In this document: positions 59,713 through 64,000 of the stretch, piece by piece
Position numbering within the stretch: the stretch's first letter is position 1
Layout: the number at the start of each line of letters is the position of its first letter
Assembly (NCBI RefSeq): GCF_055900595.2
Contig: NZ_CM148325.1
DNA: 64,000 nucleotides
Strand: one strand, 5' to 3'
The notes under the pieces: model-generated
Databases searched by the model: none
What the model saw: the letters and a program-made list of their open reading frames with translations, nothing else
Told to the model about the DNA's origin: nothing
Translations under genes and position numbers: made by a program

Positions 59713-61392
59713 GTGAACAAAATATTTTCCTCACATGTGATGCCTTTCCGCGCTCTGATCGACGCTTGCTGGAAAGAAAAATATACTGCCGCACGGTTTA
59801 CCCGTGACCTGATTGCCGGGATAACCGTCGGGATTATTGCTATCCCGCTGGCGATGGCGTTGGCTATTGGTAGTGGTGTGGCACCCCAGTACGGTTTATA
59901 TACCGCAGCTGTTGCGGGGATTGTCATTGCTCTGACGGGTGGGTCACGCTTTAGCGTTTCCGGTCCGACTGCGGCATTTGTGGTAATTCTCTATCCCGTT
60001 TCGCAACAGTTTGGACTGGCAGGACTGCTGGTCGCGACACTCATGTCAGGTGTCTTTTTGATCCTGATGGGGCTGGCACGTTTTGGACGCTTGATTGAAT
60101 ATATTCCGGTTTCCGTGACCTTAGGTTTCACCTCGGGTATCGGGATCACCATCGGTACCATGCAGATTAAAGATTTTCTCGGTCTGCAAATGGCCCATGT
60201 CCCGGAGCATTATCTACAAAAAGTCGGCGCATTATTTATGGCGTTGCCGACCATTAATGTGGGTGATGCTGCCATTGGCATTGTGACGCTTGGCATTCTG
60301 GTTTTCTGGCCGCGTCTGGGCATTCGTTTGCCTGGTCACCTTCCGGCCTTGCTGGCTGGTTGCGCGGTGATGGGAATTGTTAACCTGCTCGGCGGACATG
60401 TTGCTACCATCGGTTCGCAATTCCACTACGTCCTGGCCGATGGTACTCAGGGTAACGGTATTCCGCAACTGCTGCCACAGCTGGTACTGCCGTGGGACCT
60501 GCCTAATTCAGAATTCACGCTAACCTGGGATTCTATTCGCACACTGCTGCCTGCGGCATTCTCAATGGCAATGCTCGGCGCAATCGAATCTCTGCTCTGT
60601 GCCGTGGTACTGGATGGTATGACCGGAACGAAACACAAAGCGAACAGTGAACTGGTTGGACAGGGGCTGGGGAATATTATCGCTCCGTTCTTTGGTGGTA
60701 TTACCGCTACAGCTGCCATCGCGCGTTCTGCCGCTAACGTCCGTGCCGGGGCTACTTCCCCTATCTCGGCGGTGATCCACTCTATTCTGGTTATTCTTGC
60801 CCTGCTGGTACTGGCACCGCTGCTCTCCTGGCTGCCGCTTTCCGCCATGGCGGCCCTGCTGTTGATGGTGGCGTGGAACATGAGTGAAGCGCACAAAGTG
60901 GTCGACTTGCTGCGTCATGCGCCGAAAGATGACATCATCGTCATGCTACTGTGTATGTCATTGACCGTGCTGTTTGATATGGTTATTGCCATCAGCGTGG
61001 GGATCGTGCTGGCATCGCTACTGTTTATGCGTCGTATCGCACGTATGACTCGCCTGGCACCGGTAGTCGTAGACGTTCCAGACGATGTTCTGGTTCTGCG
61101 CGTTATTGGCCCGCTGTTCTTTGCTGCCGCTGAAGGCTTGTTCACGGACCTGGAGTCACGTCTTGAAGGCAAACGGATTGTGATTCTGAAGTGGGATGCC
61201 GTTCCGGTGCTTGATGCTGGTGGCCTTGATGCGTTCCAGCGTTTTGTGAAGCGTCTGCCCGAAGGATGTGAACTGCGCGTGTGTAACGTGGAATTCCAGC
61301 CGCTGCGCACTATGGCTCGCGCAGGGATTCAACCGATCCCGGGACGCCTGGCGTTCTTCCCGAATCGTCGCGCGGCGATGGCGGATTTATAA
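59713..61392 (+). CDS. dauA: C4-dicarboxylate transporter DauA (SulP family, STAS domain)
   Basis: 559 aa matching DauA/YchM. Confidence 0.9.
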   Translation: MNKIFSSHVMPFRALIDACWKEKYTAARFTRDLIAGITVGIIAIPLAMALAIGSGVAPQYGLYTAAVAGIVIALTGGSRFSVSGPTAAFVVILYPVSQQFGLAGLLVATLMSGVFLILMGLARFGRLIEYIPVSVTLGFTSGIGITIGTMQIKDFLGLQMAHVPEHYLQKVGALFMALPTINVGDAAIGIVTLGILVFWPRLGIRLPGHLPALLAGCAVMGIVNLLGGHVATIGSQFHYVLADGTQGNGIPQLLPQLVLPWDLPNSEFTLTWDSIRTLLPAAFSMAMLGAIESLLCAVVLDGMTGTKHKANSELVGQGLGNIIAPFFGGITATAAIARSAANVRAGATSPISAVIHSILVILALLVLAPLLSWLPLSAMAALLLMVAWNMSEAHKVVDLLRHAPKDDIIVMLLCMSLTVLFDMVIAISVGIVLASLLFMRRIARMTRLAPVVVDVPDDVLVLRVIGPLFFAAAEGLFTDLESRLEGKRIVILKWDAVPVLDAGGLDAFQRFVKRLPEGCELRVCNVEFQPLRTMARAGIQPIPGRLAFFPNRRAAMADL

Positions 61393-61446
61393 GTACGAAA
61401 TTGACCAGTCAGCGCAAACTGACTGGTCAGCAAACTGCATTATTTG

Positions 61447-61725
61447 TTAGCTATGACGGCGATTATCGCTACGGCGGCAACGTTTGTCATAGTGGCGAAC
61501 CCACCAGTAACGGTCGCACACCTGTTCATGCCCGCCAACACGGGCACCCGCCAGCCAGAGAATGGCACCGACGAAAATACTTAGCACTGCACCATGTGCG
61601 AAATACTGGGGCATATTAAACTGTGGTAACTGGTTGAGGATTGAATACCCCACACCAACTACCATCACCACCAGACCCAACCCCATGAGCACGTTACCGA
61701 GTAACGAAGCGTTTTTGCGTTTCAT
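61447..61725 (-). CDS. ychH: Inner membrane protein YchH
   Basis: 92 aa matching YchH. Confidence 0.85.
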   Translation of the reverse strand: MKRKNASLLGNVLMGLGLVVMVVGVGYSILNQLPQFNMPQYFAHGAVLSIFVGAILWLAGARVGGHEQVCDRYWWVRHYDKRCRRSDNRRHS

Positions 61726-62002
61726 ATGTCACCTCCGGAACTTTCTGGGTTGTAACAGGGAATACCCCTCTTCCTTATGTGTAAAGTATAGACAACACCC
61801 TGTGGGTTATGTGCGGGCGTGATCACAATTACAACCCTTATTTCAACAAAACTTTACAAATAAACGCCTGAACACCTTGATTTTCTAATAGTCCACTTAG
61901 GCAATTATTGCGTTATCTGCATTTGATACGCAGTTTTTTGTCAAGCGGGGCCGCAACCAGTAAACTACGCGCCAGTTATGTACACACTCAGGACAAAAAA
62001 AC

Positions 62003-62587
62003 GTGACGATTAAATTGATTGTCGGCCTGGCGAACCCCGGCGCTGAATACGCCGCAACGCGACATAATGCTGGTGCCTGGTTCGTTGACTTACTGGCAGA
62101 GCGATTGCGCGCTCCGCTGCGCGAAGAGGCTAAATTCTTTGGTTATACTTCGCGAGTCACCCTTGGAGGCGAAGATGTCCGCCTGTTAGTCCCGACTACA
62201 TTTATGAATCTCAGCGGCAAAGCCGTTGCGGCGATGGCCAGTTTTTTCCGCATTAATCCGGACGAGATTCTGGTGGCCCACGACGAACTGGATCTGCCTC
62301 CTGGCGTCGCCAAATTTAAGTTGGGCGGTGGCCATGGTGGTCACAATGGACTGAAAGACATCATCAGTAAATTGGGTAATAACCCTAACTTTCACCGTTT
62401 ACGCATCGGAATCGGTCATCCGGGCGATAAAAATAAAGTTGTCGGTTTTGTGTTAGGCAAACCGCCTGTTAGTGAACAGAAGTTAATTGATGAAGCCATC
62501 GACGAAGCGGCACGTTGTACTGAAATGTGGTTTACAGAGGGCTTGACCAAAGCAACGAACCGATTGCACGCCTTTAAAGCGCAATAA
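62003..62587 (+). CDS. pth: Peptidyl-tRNA hydrolase
   Basis: 194 aa matching Pth. Confidence 0.95.
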   Translation: MTIKLIVGLANPGAEYAATRHNAGAWFVDLLAERLRAPLREEAKFFGYTSRVTLGGEDVRLLVPTTFMNLSGKAVAAMASFFRINPDEILVAHDELDLPPGVAKFKLGGGHGGHNGLKDIISKLGNNPNFHRLRIGIGHPGDKNKVVGFVLGKPPVSEQKLIDEAIDEAARCTEMWFTEGLTKATNRLHAFKAQ

Positions 62588-62703
62588 GTCGTTGTCTGCG
62601 GCATTTTTGCCGAGTGCCGTGTATAATAGGCAAAGTTATTTCCATTTCTGCAATCTGTTAGCAATAACAGGTTGATTATTAAGATATTAAGGTGATTTAA
62701 ATC

Positions 62704-63795
62704 ATGGGATTCAAATGCGGTATCGTCGGTTTGCCCAACGTCGGGAAATCTACCCTGTTCAACGCGCTGACCAAAGCCGGTATTGAAGCGGCCAACTTTC
62801 CATTCTGCACCATCGAGCCGAACACAGGCGTCGTACCAATGCCTGACCCTCGCCTGGATCAACTGGCTGAAATCGTAAAACCGCAGCGTACGCTTCCCAC
62901 GACCATGGAATTTGTCGATATCGCCGGTCTGGTAAAAGGCGCATCGAAAGGCGAAGGTCTGGGTAACCAGTTCCTGACCAACATCCGTGAAACCGAAGCG
63001 ATCGGTCACGTTGTTCGCTGCTTTGAAAACGACAACATCATTCACGTTTCCGGCAAAGTTAACCCGGCGGATGATATTGAAGTTATCAACACAGAACTGG
63101 CGCTGGCAGACCTCGACACCTGCGAACGTGCGATTCATCGCGTACAGAAGAAAGCCAAAGGCGGCGATAAAGACGCGAAAGCCGAGCTGGCGGTACTGGA
63201 AAAATGCCTGCCACAGCTGGAAAACGCAGGTATGCTGCGCGCGCTGGATTTAAGCGCTGAAGAGAAAGCGGCTATTCGTTACCTGAGCTTCCTGACGCTG
63301 AAACCAACAATGTACATCGCCAACGTCAACGAAGACGGTTTTGAAAACAACCCGTATCTTGACCAGGTGCGTGAAATCGCGGCGAAAGAAGGTTCTGTTG
63401 TGGTTCCGGTTTGTGCTGCTGTTGAAGCAGACATTGCCGAACTGGACGACGAAGAACGTGACGAGTTTATGCAGGAGCTTGGGCTGGAAGAGCCGGGCCT
63501 GAACCGCGTGATCCGTGCCGGTTATAAGCTGCTGAACCTGCAAACTTACTTCACTGCTGGGGTGAAAGAAGTGCGTGCATGGACCATTCCGGTTGGTGCA
63601 ACCGCGCCGCAGGCCGCTGGCAAAATCCATACTGATTTTGAAAAAGGCTTTATCCGCGCACAAACTATTTCGTTCGAAGATTTCATCACTTACAAAGGTG
63701 AACAAGGCGCGAAAGAAGCAGGCAAAATGCGTGCAGAAGGTAAAGATTACATCGTTAAAGATGGCGATGTAATGAACTTCCTGTTCAACGTCTAA
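62704..63795 (+). CDS. ychF: Ribosome-binding ATPase YchF (Obg-like)
   Basis: 363 aa, G1 motif GLPNVGKST. Confidence 0.95.
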
Positions 63796-63854
63796 TTAAT
63801 TTGTTGTCTCATGAGGTTTCGCTAAATCTCATGAAGAGCGCAAAAGTATATAAA

Positions 63855-63878
63855 ATCCACGCAATTGCGTGGATTTTT
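63855..63878 (+). terminator. ychF rho-independent terminator
   Basis: ATCCACGC-AATT-GCGTGGAT hairpin followed by TTTT. Confidence 0.65.
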
Positions 63879-64000
63879 CATTTCACCGAGTCCTAACCAT
63901 TCTTATAACATCCTACACTTTTGTGCTTATTGCCTATAGTGAACCACGAGAATAATTAAAGACATAAGTGTTCAGATGAGGGATATCTCATTAGCAATGA

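Noticed and set aside
62416-63138. 240-aa minus-strand ORF spanning the pth-ychF junction
   Set aside because: Antisense to two confident housekeeping genes and their intergenic region.

Overview
Enterobacterial (Escherichia coli-type) chromosomal segment, read in reverse relative to the usual K-12 map. Positions 1 to about 9066 are the integrase-proximal arm of a lambdoid prophage that runs off the window start and abuts the 3-prime end of ompW: partial gene, P-like, O-like with embedded iterons, YdaT-like, Cro/YdaS-like, CI-like repressor, candidate PL/OL, an ambiguous antisense ORF pair, about 0.8 kb with no confident gene, Rha-family regulator, small unknown protein, RecE-N-terminal/DEDDh exonuclease, Xis, Int. 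The rest is conserved core genome: ompW, yciCBA, tonB, yciI, kch, clsA, yciU, oppFDCBA, ychE, adhE, tdk, hns, galU, rssBA, ychJ, purU, two tRNA-Tyr genes with downstream 178-bp repeats, narIJHG, narK, narXL, ychO, ychN, chaCBA, two Ldr/Rdl toxin-antisense repeat units, kdsA, ychA, ychQ, prmC, prfA, hemA, lolB, ispE, prs, dauA, ychH, pth, ychF. No CRISPR array, rRNA or IS element was seen. No clear multi-gene defence system is visible; the most notable points are the prophage cargo and immunity architecture, the unusual exonuclease fusion, and an in-frame amber stop in chaC. All calls are from reading the sequence and recalled protein families; no database search was run.
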